From Gekko japonicus (Eukaryota), in the NCBI RefSeq assembly GCF_001447785.1, contig NW_015164181.1, positions 3,792,374-3,856,373 on the forward strand: DNA of 64,000 nt. The letters are read 5' to 3'. The number at the start of each line of letters is the position of its first letter. Position 1 is the first letter of the stretch. The position numbers were made by a program, and so were the translations under genes. Below are positions 12,856-24,587 of the stretch, one piece after another. The notes under the pieces are model-generated. The model did not search any database. It had not been told where the DNA came from and saw only the letters and a list, made by a program, of their open reading frames with translations.

Positions 12856-14398
12856 GTAGAAGGGTCTTGAAGACTGCCTAGGTTAGGCCTGTAATAGCTG
12901 GCCCACCAAGTCAAACATAGCCCTGCAGCTCTTTGAACTCCACCAGCTTGACCTGTTAAGCAGATCAGATATAAAGAAGAATGGCAGCTTTCTTGAGCTA
13001 CTCCCCACAGTTGGAACCTGAACAGTTTTCGAGCCTGGCCTAGGGAAGAGGCATTTGTTTTGGCTTTGGTGGTCTCCTTGGGAACCGCCACGTGGCTCTG
13101 GTGCGTCCTAAAGGATGCCAGGTTCTAAAATTTGGTCAACATGTTCATCTAGACTGTGAGGCAGGGCCTCTGACTTCCCCTTTATTGGAAAAAACCAAGA
13201 GAAAATGCCTACAGAACAGCTGATGCCAAGTGACTAACAAGCAATGCAGAAAAGAACACCTAAATCCAGGCTTCCAAACTAACTGGAAAATTTCTTCCCA
13301 CCCTTAGGGAACTCAGCAATTATTCTCGGGAGAGATGAACTCAAGAGGTGGGGCTTGCCATTAGAAAGCCCAAGCAGAATCCTTGGGATCTTGACTTACG
13401 GTATTCCCAGTAAAGAAAGACCTTTCTGCGTCTGAGACCAAACACCCACTGCCAGTTAGACAATAGGGAGCAATGGTTCCAGCATCTCCAGTTAAAAGAG
13501 GACTGAAGAGCAGGTGATGTAAAAGTCTTCCACTTGAGACCCTAGAGACCCACTGCCATGTCCACTCAGGGACCAGGTGTGGGAAGAGAACTCTCTGCTG
13601 CAACCATGAATACTGGGCTTGATGAGCCAACGTTCTGCCTCAGGATAAGGCAGCTACTGAAGTTTTTCAAACATCCAAAGCGGGTTATATTTCAGTAGCA
13701 GAAACATCAACATCTAGATGGCGTTCAAATGAGTTATGTGGGATTTCAGCAATGCTCTTTTTAATTAAGAGTTCATTAAAATCAAACACTGAAGTACACT
13801 ATAAATGCTTTATTCAGACTACTGTTCCAATATTTTTACAGCTTCAGTTTTGCTTTGTTATGTTTCAACAATACTTTAAACCTTAGATGTCATCCCTCTT
13901 CCCCAGATATTTAAACAAAAGGTGCCAAATTCTTCAGGCAAATGTTGTTTTTATTGCCCTTCCCAGATAGGATTTTGATCCTTTCCCATCATTAGGATGT
14001 TCCACATGTTTAGTTGATTGTGCTTTTTAAAGGGCAGGGAGTGCATTTGTCCCTTTCGTACCTTGCAACCAACAGGGGGGAAAAGACAAAGTGGTTTATA
14101 AATATTCTACTGTCAAGTACGCTACTGTAAGGCTGATTAATAAAGGTGGACTAATCAGGATCTTAAAACACAAACAATGCTCCCCTGCAACTTCAGATTG
14201 TTGGACATTTCTAAATAGCTTGTCTCGACTCTCGACTAGGGCCAGGGCCTTTTAAGCCCTGGTCCCTATCTGGTGGAATGAGCTCCCATAAGAGATCAGG
14301 GCCCTGCGGGACCTTTTACAGTTCCTCAGGGCCTCTTCCACCAGGCTTTCAGTTAGGGTGTTGGGCATCCCCCCCCCCTTCTACTGGGCCATCTAGAG

Positions 14399-14830
14399 CA
14401 GAGGTGTCAAACTCATTTGTTAAGAAGGCTGGATCTGACATAAATGTCTCTTTGTCGGCCGGGCCATGTGTGCCATAAAACATAACGCCAAGTACTGTAG
14501 ATAGGAGCTGCATAAAGGACAGCAGCTGGTAAGCTCTGAGTTGTCGTATCCTCATTGTAAGGCCCCATGAGCCGGGAGGGGGGTGCAAAGGAAAACCAAT
14601 ATGGGCAAACTGGAGAGCCATTGGTGCAGCACTGGGCAGATGCTCCCATGCTGTTTGACTGCTGCAGATGAGGTTGTTCCGCCATGCTGAAGTCACAGTC
14701 CGAGTGGCTCCACCCACTGCCCTCCCCAAGCAAGTCTCCTGTTTCCTCCCTTGCACCAGTTGCTCGCAGGCTGCATAAGAGCCTTGGAAGGGCTGGTTCC
14801 GGCCCCCAGGCCTTACGTTTGACACCCCTG
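14399..14830. mobile_element. hAT/Charlie-like non-autonomous element
   Basis: TIRs CAGAGGTGTCAAAC / GTTTGACACCCCTG; degenerate 8-bp TSD ATCTAGAG/ACCTAGGG. Confidence 0.7.
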
Positions 14831-15149
14831 ACCTAGGGACCCAAGTTTGAAACAGATTGCATCTGTGAGGCTTTGACCAGAATTTGAATCACAGGAATGT
14901 TATTGTATTTTATTAAGGTTTTTAATTGTTTTTAATTCTTTGTATATTGGTTACTGTATCTGATGGAACCCACCATGAGCCTGCTATATGTAGGGAAGGC
15001 GGGATACAAATCCAATAAAATAATAAAAAATACATTTCTCTTCTGGGGGACCTCATACATCATTACTGCTCTTCTCATGGGGAAGCTTCCCTGGTTAACT
15101 TTCTAAGGAACCCCGAGTCTGAGAGCCACTAGTTGAAGAACAAGAATAA

Positions 15150-15552
15150 TGTCCCGGTCACACGAAAGGTTTTGGGCCGTGAGAGAGATGGATCGGGGGT
15201 GCAGCAAACAGGCGCGATCCCACCGCAACATCTGGGAAGTGTTGCGCGGCTGTTCCCGATCTGCCCCTTCCACCCAAAACCCTGCTGCAAAAATGAACCA
15301 CCTACCGTGGTGGTTCATCCGAGAAGACCGCATCAAAGCCGGTCGTGGGATCGCCGGCGCGTCCCCGGCTCCTGCCCGAACTGCACATGCTCAGACATGC
15401 GCAGTTCGGCAGACTCCCCCTCCTGACTGTGGCTTCCTCCCCGGCATCTGATCGTGCCGGGGAGCAATGGCGCTGCCGCGGCGTCTCTATTTTGGTGTGG
15501 CTCTAATTAGCCGCACTTTGGCCGGTGTTTTCCCTGCCGTGTGGCAGGGACC
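15150..15552 (+). mobile_element. CpG-rich PIF/Harbinger-like MITE
   Basis: (G)GTCCCGGTCACACG...CGTGTGGCAGGGACC with TAA on both sides. Homologous to 40088-40517 (inverted) and 47863-48302. Confidence 0.75.
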
Positions 15553-16059
15553 TAAGAGTAGCAATGCTGAATCAGCCCAATGGTAAATCTAATCCAGCAT
15601 GGCCAGCCAGGTGCCACATGGAAAGTCTGCTAGTAACAGATGTCAGATGCTGATTGCTCCCCAGCATCTGATCATCAAGAGCATTCTGCCTCTGAATGCA
15701 GAGGTCCCCGTTCAACTGTAGTAGCCACCAATAGACCTGTCTTCTGTAAATCTAATTCCCTTTTAAATCCATCAAAGCCAGTCGCTGTCACATCTCATGG
15801 CAGTCAGTTCCATGGGTCAGTGGCTTGTTGCATGAAGTAGCAGTACTTGCTTTAGCCTGTCTCACATCTACCGCAAAACCACCTCAAATCTGGTACTCTA
15901 ATGCAAACCTGGCATCTTCCCAGAACTACAGGACAGTTGATGGCAGTGGGAAGTGCAAGGAAATCCACTGCACCTAATTCTACCTAAAAGGTGGAGGAAC
16001 CCTATTTCCTAGCTGCTTATTGGTTTGTCAGCCAGCATCCAGCAGATCCTGGTGTGTAA

Positions 16060-16270
16060 AGTGGCATCAAGTTGCAGCCGACCAATGGCAATCCTGTGGG
16101 GTTGGTTTCAAGGCAAGAGATGTCCAGAGGTGGTTTGCTCTTGCCTGCCCCTGCAATATGACCTTGGATTTCCTTGGTGGTCTCTCAACCCAAATACCAA
16201 CCAGGGCTGACCCTGCTTAGCTTCTGAGATCTGATGAGATCAGGTTAGCCTGGGCTATTCAGGTAAGGGC
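16060..16270 (-). mobile_element. 5S rRNA-derived SINE
   Basis: Minus-strand 5S-like head (..CTGATCTCATCAGATCTCAGAAGCTAAGCAGGGTCAGCCCTGGTTGGTATTTGG..) followed by a non-5S body. Related copies near 24700-24838, 37182 and 54262-54436. Confidence 0.7.
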
Positions 16271-18057
16271 CCAGGAGATCTTAGGCAGAGTGAACCTTCT
16301 GACTCTTGAACTCTGCAGTTAAAAATGAAGACAGCACTAATTCCGGAGACAGTCTTGCAGCCAACACACTGGAGTCCAAGGGTGCCTCCCCCACCCCTTC
16401 CAGAAGGCAGGGCCAGCCCTAGGGCTCATCCCCCACATCCTCTCCACCCCATCCTCCTTTGTCTAAGGTGCCACAAGATCCCTTGTTTTAATGGCAGGAC
16501 AGTATTTTCATCTTCTAGCACCAGCATCCATTTCTGTGTGCTCTCACCCACAAGACCTTGCCTCAGGGCATGTGATGATATTCGAACACTGCCTCAAAAG
16601 TCAGATTTTTAGTCTTCCTGGTCACATCTAATATTTTCCAGGGTTCCCAATGGACCAAGCATCCTCTAAGTTCCTTGAAAGGAATGTAGAGCCAGGGACA
16701 GAGATACAGAAAGTTTGCTATTGAGGAGGAAGTGGGATGACCATTTGGGACCATTAATTAACCAGCCTCTCTTAGGTCCTGGGTATCAACCTTAAGGTAC
16801 TACCCTCAAAACAAAATGTCCATTCAAAGTTCCAGGTTCTTCTGTTGGGAGAATAAGCTTCTGAAGACAATGCTCTCTGGCCCTGAAAGAAAAGAATGTA
16901 CCAGGTCAGAATTATATTACAGGGAAATCTTTTAAAGGCAGAAAGATGGAATGAAACCACAGTGGTAATGAACATTAGATCAGTTAATTCGCAGAAAGAT
17001 ATTTTGTGCCAAAAAAAATGGTTCTGAGGGTGGCTCATAATAAAAACTCCTGTACAAATTAATAATCAAAATAATAACTCTAACACATGACTTTAGGGAT
17101 GTGAAGGTCCAGAAGAAGAGGAATGAAAAATTCAGAAGAAAAACTTCTACGATTTTCCCCTTGATTACTTCTTTTAGTTTTTCTAATGGAAATACATACA
17201 CACAGGGGAGTACTGGGGGGGGGGGGACTACAAAATATTTTCTCCTTTAGAATGCTTCTTAAGGTTTCAGACTATACTCTCAATGTATCGCCTGAAACCA
17301 TCTGATGACTTTCTCAGTTTTGTAAATCATTTGGGCAACAATTAATATGCTATAAAACGTTTAACGATAATACCTTATTAAAGAATCCAGTGTTTGCAAT
17401 GTTATAAAGTCTAGCTTAATGAAGAAAATGCTGGTAGTCCTACCTATGGCTACTCTAAGAAAGCTTCTGTCCAAGTAATATCCTTTTTTTAACTACAGGT
17501 TTTTTCCCACTTTCCACTTATTTTTTCCTACCTCTCAGGTGGCAAAAATAAAGATTAATTACGATCCCTGTGATCTGGTAGCTCAGGCTGCAGCACTTTG
17601 CAACTCTGTTCTCATGTATTGGGTATACTTTGCAGTTTTACTTAACAAAAAACAAAGGTTATACTTTTCAATTCCCCAGTATGCCAAACGGTCCAATTTT
17701 ATATGCTAATGTATAAATACTGCATTTTATGTTGTTCAGTCAGTGAAATAAGTATGTTTTACATGAAAATAAATATTGCATATATTTTCCTCTCCCCCAA
17801 ATTTCCCCTCTCCCTCCTTCCTCACTTTGGGATAGAGTTGTTTGTTTGCGGTTCTGGCCTCGAAAATGGAAAGAACTTCTTCTTCAGAAGCTCCTAGGCT
17901 GTTGCAAGCATCCCGACTTATCCCTGCGACCCCTGGACGTAGACTGACAATGGACTACAATACGCAGGAAAGACGCCCTGTGCAGGCAGCGGCAAAACTG
18001 CCAGCGTGAGCATTCAAAGCCACCCAGAGCAACTCAGCTGCAGGAAGACAGCCAGGG

Positions 18058-18154
18058 CCAGCTCAGAGAGAAGATCACGTGATCACCTCCTGGTCAGAGC
18101 CAAAGCAGAGGCCTCGGCAATACCAGGTCAGACTATACTTCACTCATCATCGCC
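18058..18154 (-). ncRNA. SNORD7: Box C/D snoRNA SNORD7 (mgU6-47), guide for 2'-O-methylation of U6 snRNA A47
   Basis: Minus strand GCGATGATGAGTGAAGTATAGTCTGACCTGGTATTGCC...TGATCTTCTCTCTGAGCTG. C box ATGATGA, D box CTGA (plus 18063-18066), terminal stem GCCAG(A)GGC/GCCCTGGC. Guide TGATCTTCTCT pairs with U6 AGAGAAGATTA and the +5 rule gives A47. Same position next to PEX12 as in human. Confidence 0.95.
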
Positions 18155-19513
18155 TCTGGCATATCTTGAAAGTAACACTCTCTGCCCCCACCCCCAGCTA
18201 CAGTTAGTAATCTAATTCAATATGCTCTTTCCAGAAATGGGATCGTTCCTCAGCTCTGAACAGGGCGTAAATAAATACCAGGAGGCAGGGATGACAGCGG
18301 GAGCCGATGCACCACAGGAGTAACAGAATGACCAGGCTATCAGCAATTTGCCACTCGTTTCAACCAAATACCCACCAAATGGCCTTAGGCAAGCCACTCA
18401 CAGCGCTTCTTCCCGCGCTTACCATATGGGATAGTAATCCTGGCCTACCTCGCAGGGCTGTTGTCAGGACTACTGTGATTGTATGTGCAATATGTGCTCC
18501 TGGACCTGGCCTTGTTAATGAATGAGCAGGTCAGTGCTGTTGCTTGGAGCACCTTCTTTCAATTACACCTCGCTCGTAAGCTAGCTCCTTATCTAGATCC
18601 TGCCAACCCAGCTATGCTGATCCATGCTAATGTGATCTCTAGGGTGGAACACAGTTAACACTCTCTGTGTGGGGCTGCCTTTGAAGGGGAGGGGCCATGG
18701 CTCAGTGGCAGAACCTCCGCTTGCATTAGGCTTCCCAAGTACTTACCATGATTCAGCGGGGGACGAAGACGTCTTCGCAGGATCATTCCTGTGGGGACAA
18801 CAGACGTGCCGCACCATGCTGTCGCCAGGAAGTGACGCCGGGCGACGCTCTGGCAATGGGGCCAGAAACCCGATGGTACCATTGAGTTTTCAGCCCCATT
18901 GCCAGAGTGTCGCCCAGTGTCATTTCCTGGCGACGGCATGGTGTGTTACAAGGAGAAATGTTCCGGCCAGGGAGCGTGTATCCCCTGCTGGATTGCGGTA
19001 AGTACTTGGCAGCCCTAGCTTGCATGCAGAAGCTCTCAGGTTCAATCCTGGCCACGTAAAAATCTGGTAGTTAGGTGATATGAAAACATCTCCCTGAGAT
19101 CCTGGAGAGCCACTGCCTGTCTGAGTAGACAATACAGACCTTGATGGACCAATGGTCTGATTCTAGGGCAGATTCATGTGTGCATGTGAAGACATCTCAG
19201 AAGTCCCAGCTGGTGCAGAATGCAGCAGCAAGACTCCTCTCTGGGTTCAGCCACCCATGAACATATAACACCCATGCTGTGTTAACTGCACTGGCTACCT
19301 ATCTGTATCCAATTCCTGGTTATTACCCTCAAAGGCCTTCACGGCTTAGGATCCCATATTTCTCAAACTGCATCTCCTAGTATACTACACAGTGCCGTTA
19401 ACTCTTCAGAGAGCCTCCTCTCTGAATACAAATACAAACTCTTCAGAGAGCCTCCTCTCTGGATACAAATATTTTAAATGGAAGTGCTTTGAATCGGTAA
19501 AGCACTCTAGGAG

Positions 19514-19720
19514 CAGTGTTCCCTCTAAGCTGAGTTAGTGTGAGCTAGCTCACAGTTTTTTTAGCCTCCGGCTCACGCATTTTTGTCTTAGCTCAGGACA
19601 GAGGGCTCCAGAGCAAACTAACTTATGCAGTAGCCAAATCGCTCACTCAAAACTTTAATGCCAGTCGCTCACAAAGTAGAATCTTTGCTCACAAGACTCC
19701 ACAGCTTAGAGGGAACATTG
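19514..19720 (+). mobile_element. hAT-type MITE
   Basis: TIRs plus perfect 8-bp TSD TCTAGGAG. Confidence 0.85.
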
Positions 19721-20542
19721 TCTAGGAGTGCCAAGTACTATCTGTTTACTTCAATTTTTGCAGTGAAAGACATTTTAAAAACACACTCCCACATGAGACT
19801 AGCAATGCAGCTGCAAATCCTTTGCATCTAGCTAAGCACAGCATCTATTTCTGGTCCTTCTAGAACGTCTCTCTTTTCTGCCTTGCTTTTCATTTGGCCT
19901 TTCCCTCCTTTCCATAACCTAAGCTCAGGTGCTCTCTGAAATACCACTTGCTGGGGACAAACAGCATGGTAGGCCAGTTATTTCCATGCTCTGCTGGTGG
20001 GCATCCCCAGAGATAGCATCTCTCTAGCCACTTAGAAACCAGATGCTGGATCAGCTGCACATTTGAGCTTTGATCAGCAGGGTCCTTTGACTCTTGTTAA
20101 AAGGGATCAGAATCAGATGAGAGGTAGATTCCTCAAGAGCTATTTCACCATGATGGAATATCATATTCAGAGGCAGTCTACTTCTCAATATTGAAGATGG
20201 ACAAAACAGTAGCATTGTCTGTGGGTAGAGTTGCTTCCCAGAACCAGCCTTTCACTGGCCACTGAATTAACCGGGACCCGACGCAGCAAGGCAACTATGC
20301 TCTGAGCTTTTAATCTATTTTAGATCTATCCACCTCTATGTACAATGGCATCCCAAAATGGAGCCTCCATGAACAAGTCTACGAATTGTTTGGGGACAGA
20401 CAGCTATGCTAGTTGGCTTCCCCTTGCAGCATTTGGCCTAATTAAGAATAGTATACTGGCCTTGACTTTTTATTACATAACAAACAAAATTAACTTAAGT
20501 TATTGGTTTAAAATATTTATTAGCCACCTCTCTACCTTACAA

Positions 20543-20754
20543 AATAGTAAAAAGTCCAGTAGCACCTTTAAGACTAACAAACTTTATTGTAGCATAAACT
20601 TTTGAGAAACACAGCTCTCTTCGTCAGAGAGCTTCGTTAGAGGGCTGTGATTCTCAAAAGCTTATGCTACAATAAAATGTGTTAGACTTAAAGGTGCTAC
20701 TGGGCTTTTTACTGTTTTGCAGCAGCAGACTAACACGGCTAAGTCCTCTGCATC
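20543..20754. mobile_element. Penelope-like element remnant (inverted terminal fragments)
   Basis: Long imperfect palindrome AAAAGTCCAGTAGCACCTTTAAG...CTTAAAGGTGCTACTGGGCTTTT, flanked by a TCTCTACCTTACAA direct repeat. Confidence 0.65.
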
Positions 20755-20999
20755 TCTCTACCTTACAAGAATTCAAGGCAGCTGATGGCAATAAAACACA
20801 ATGAAATCCATGAAACCACGAATTTAAAATCAACACTTTTAAACTGCAGTTCAGCAGAAGAGCTGAAATTAAGAGAAAGTGACCTTTTCATCCTCTCCCC
20901 CCCCCCATTCTCTTATCCACGCTTTTTAAACAATCCATCTTAACCACCCCCAAATACGGCGCCTTGCCTCCTTTCCTCTCCTCCCAAACGATACTCTCT

Positions 21000-21235
21000 G
21001 CCATCTTCACTCACGAGGGTCCGGCGAACGTCTTGCATTTCTCATCCAACCACAACCATCGCAGCCAGGTCAGGTGACTCGCTCACGCTCACGCTCACGC
21101 TCCCCCTCGATTTCTCATTCGTCCAATCGTGTTCCCGCTTTCGAATCGCGGAAGAGAAAAGAGTGACGAGCAAAGACGCCCGGATATATAGAGGAGCGGT
21201 AACACAAACGTGAGGCATAAAGTGCATTTCCGGCT
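21000..21235 (-). promoter_or_regulatory. TATA + TCT/5'TOP promoter of the SNORD7 host gene
   Basis: Minus strand: CCGGAAAT (ETS), TATATAT (21190-21184), then ~29 nt later TC+1TTTTCTCTTCC (21163-21150). Downstream YY1-like AAGATGGC (21007-21000). CpG-rich. Confidence 0.8.
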
Positions 21236-23089
21236 CCGATTTGAAGTTTAGTGCCGGGAATCAAGGGAGCGAGTACATGTTTGGGTCTCCGCTCGCTGGC
21301 TGACAGGACAGATAATCCAGCAAGCCTCACTCTGTTCGGTTCAAATGTTTTAGCCATGCTTTGCTGTTGATTGGATGAGTCCATTCTCCTAAGCAGGCAT
21401 TTTCTTCAGCCTAACTGATCTCTGTTGTCAGGAGATCCATTGTAATTCCTGCAGAACTCCAGGCCCCACCCCAGAGATTGGCAACTTTGGCAGACTTCCA
21501 CCCCCCATTTTTAAAGAAAGTGGACGTCCTTTGGCTCCCTGGAGACCATAGGGTTGCCAGCTTCCAGTTGGGAAATATCTGGAGTGATCTCCAGCCCTCA
21601 AGTGGAGATTGGCAGCAGTGGTTCCCCAGGAGAAAATAACTGCTTTGGGGGGTGGACTCTATGGCATTCTATTCAGCTGAGGCCTCTCCCCTCCCCAAAC
21701 TCTTGCTTCCATAGACTCCACCACAAAATATCTAGGCATTCCCCAACTTGGAGCTGGCAACCCTAGTCAGAACTGGCCCCAATGAGTTCCCATGGAAAGG
21801 GCCTCCTGCCTTTGCCTTTTTACTGACAGAACCAAGCTTGGTTGCATAGCAACAGCTACTTTGTTCTATCTCCAGGTGAGGGCTGGAGATCACTCAGAAT
21901 TAAAACTGCTCTCCAGATGGCAGAGATCAGTTCCACTGGGAAAAATGGCTGCTTTGCAGTATGGACTCTGTGTCATTATACTCTGCTGAGGTCACTTCAG
22001 TCCTGCTTGGGTCTCCACTGCAGAGAAAGACTACTTTTCTTAGGTAGAGGCTGCAGGGATGGGGGTACAGATGGAAAGCTGAAGTCAGAGGGGCAGATAA
22101 AGGTAGGTTGATGGTTAGCTGGGAAGGAGATAGGGCTGCCTACTCCAGGTTGGGAAATTCCTGGAGATTTAAGGGGTGGAGCCTGGAGAGGGTGAGGTTT
22201 GAGGAGGGGTGGGACCTCATACAGGTACAGTGCCATAGACTCCATTTTCCAAACCATCCATTTCCTCCTGGGGAAACATTATTGCCAATCTCCAGGTGAG
22301 GGCTGGAGATAACTCAGAATTACAACTGCTCTTCAGATTACAGAGATCAGTTCCGCTGGAGAAAACGTTGGACTCTGTGTCATTATACCCTGCTGAGGCC
22401 ACCACAGCAAATTGACGCTGAACACCCAAGGCCGGGGCACCTGCCCAGAGCTTCTTTCTCGAGTTCATTGTATTTATTTCCACAATGGGCCTTATTCGTA
22501 GACATTATATAAACTCTTAAGGGCATTGCCAGACTGTTAGTTTGTAACCACCATCTAAGACCAAACTATATCACAGTTTATTTAAAGACAATTCCGCAGC
22601 TGGCACCACAGCGCAAGGATCTTCACTGTGTGCCTAAAGGAGAGCTGTGGAAGCCATTGTTTGGCTGGCCCCACTCCCTCCTATAGTCATGTTGTGGTTG
22701 CGCCCATGATGCTGAGCCAGAATTCCAAAAGTTCCCACAGGTTCACAGAGGTTGGAGACCAGTGCTGAAGTACACCGACCTTTGCTCTGGTTCAGAAAGA
22801 CTACACAGAGAGAGAGAGAGAGCACATGGTTATTAGCTACTAACTATAGCTAAATGGAATGTGCCGCTGAATACCATATGGGGGAAGGTACACAGCAGGA
22901 AAAGAACTGGACCTTGTTGTAAACTGGTTCGGACCTTGAGATCTGATCCTGCAATGGAACGCCGCTGTTGTCCCATACCCATCATTGTGTCCGAGCCATA
23001 GGAGATCAACCAGACAAAATACAAGCAGCAGTCATAAGTTCCGACTTTCATGTGCTGGAGTCGAAGTTTCCGAAGGGACAATTCAGAAG

Positions 23090-23579
23090 TCGTTACTGCG
23101 GAAGCACATGCAGAACACCGTGGAGGGGGGGGGGAGAGAGAGAGAGATGACGGACAAACTGTCAACTTTGTGTCACCCCGTCCTGTCGTTAAGTTCTGAT
23201 GGCCCCGCAACTGGCCGCGATCCATCCGGAACTGGAAGTATTCGCGCGGCTTCCTGGAGTCCTTGCCCCTCGGCAGATCCCTCTGGACCAATCAGCGTCT
23301 GATGAGAAATCCACCTGCCTTCGGAGCGCCTAATTCAAACGGGCAAGTTCAGACTTGTCCCGGCCGCAGCAAAAGCGGTGGGGAAACGAAACTCTACCGC
23401 GAAGGAAGATTTTTTTTTGATCCTCTGGCTAGTGCGTAGAAAGTGAAGAACGCAGCCTTGCAGAATAGCCAAGAGTGGGGAAAAGGCGCGACAACGTGTG
23501 GAAGGGCTGAAGTACCGTGCCATCCAAGCTTCTTACTGGCTTACTGGATTACTGTGTGATCAATAGGACGTACTCCCAG
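23090..23579 (+). promoter_or_regulatory. Schlafen promoter and non-coding exon 1, with ISRE
   Basis: CpG-rich; ETS GCGGAAG / CCGGAA / GGAAGT; CCAAT ~23288; ISRE-like GGGAAACGAAACT at 23381-23393; IRF-like GAAAGTGAAG at 23439-23448; donor CAG|GTAAGT at 23580. Confidence 0.7.
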
Positions 23580-24381
23580 GTAAGTGCATCTAGGACATGT
23601 GGACTGTCCTCTGTATGTTTTTCTCAGAAGTCCTGCTATTTTTAATGGCGCGCTCTTGTATAGGTGTGCCTGGAATTGCAGCTTTGCAGACTGATCCTGC
23701 GCTGCTGTACCCAGAAACAACAGTATTGTATGTTCTCCTTACAAATGACACTAGGGATCAGTACCTGCACAACTGTTAACCTCCAGGTGGTGGCTGGAGA
23801 TCTGGGATTACAACTGATCTCCAGGAGACAGAGGTTCATTCACTTGGAGAAACTAACCGCTTTGGAAGGTAGACCGGATGGCATTATGCCCCACTGAAGG
23901 TTCTTCCCTCCCCAAACTCCGCCTTCCTCAGGCTGCACCCCCAAATCTCCATGTATTTCGCAACCCAGAGCTGGCAGCACTTATTACATGAATAAATATG
24001 GGGTTTAAAGCATGTGTGGAGCTGCACATGCACTGAATGGAAACTCCAAGTGTACACTGAGTGTACAGGTGGTGACTGTAACTTGTGAACAGGGCAAATT
24101 GCTTACATTGAAGAGGCTTGTCATCCTCATAATAGAAGAATCAGCACCCAATCCTGTTACTTTAACTCCTAGTCTATCCAGTGGAGTTATTATTTGGTAA
24201 ATATGGAAACAATCCTGAGTAAACTGACATAATTTATAATTTATGCAGTGGGGCTTATTCCCAGAAAAAAAATATTCTTTGGATTGTAACCGTACAGCCT
24301 AGTTCTGACCTATGCAGTATTCAGGATGCCTAATTTGAAATCATTGGTCTAAGGTGTGCCTAATAAGGCAAAAGACGGGAC

Positions 24382-24587
24382 CAGTGTTCCCTCTAAGCTG
24401 AGTTAGTGTGAGCTAGCTCACCATTTTTTAGCCTCCAGCTCACACATTTTTGTCTCAGCTCAGGAAGGATGGCTCTAGAGGAAACTAATTTATGTAGTAG
24501 CCAAATTGCTTGCTCACAACTTTAATGCCAGTAGCTCACAAAGTAGGATTTTTGCTCACAAGACTCCACGGCTTAGAGGGAACATTG
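24382..24587 (+). mobile_element. hAT-type MITE
   Basis: TIRs plus perfect 8-bp TSD GACGGGAC. Confidence 0.85.

Larger units (their letters stand above)
17830..21161 (-). ncRNA. snoRNA host gene (SNHG30-like), partial model
   Basis: TSS ~21161; candidate first donor CTC|GTGAGT (exon ends 21015); acceptor ..GCCTGCACAG|G (exon begins 17977) ~80 nt downstream of SNORD7, with a CTCAC branch-point motif; no long ORF. 3' end not determined. Confidence 0.6.

Noticed and set aside
13809-13814. Minus-strand AATAAA as the 3' end of the SNORD7 host gene
   Set aside because: Plausible but there are several such hexamers nearby and no exon chain can be supported from sequence alone.
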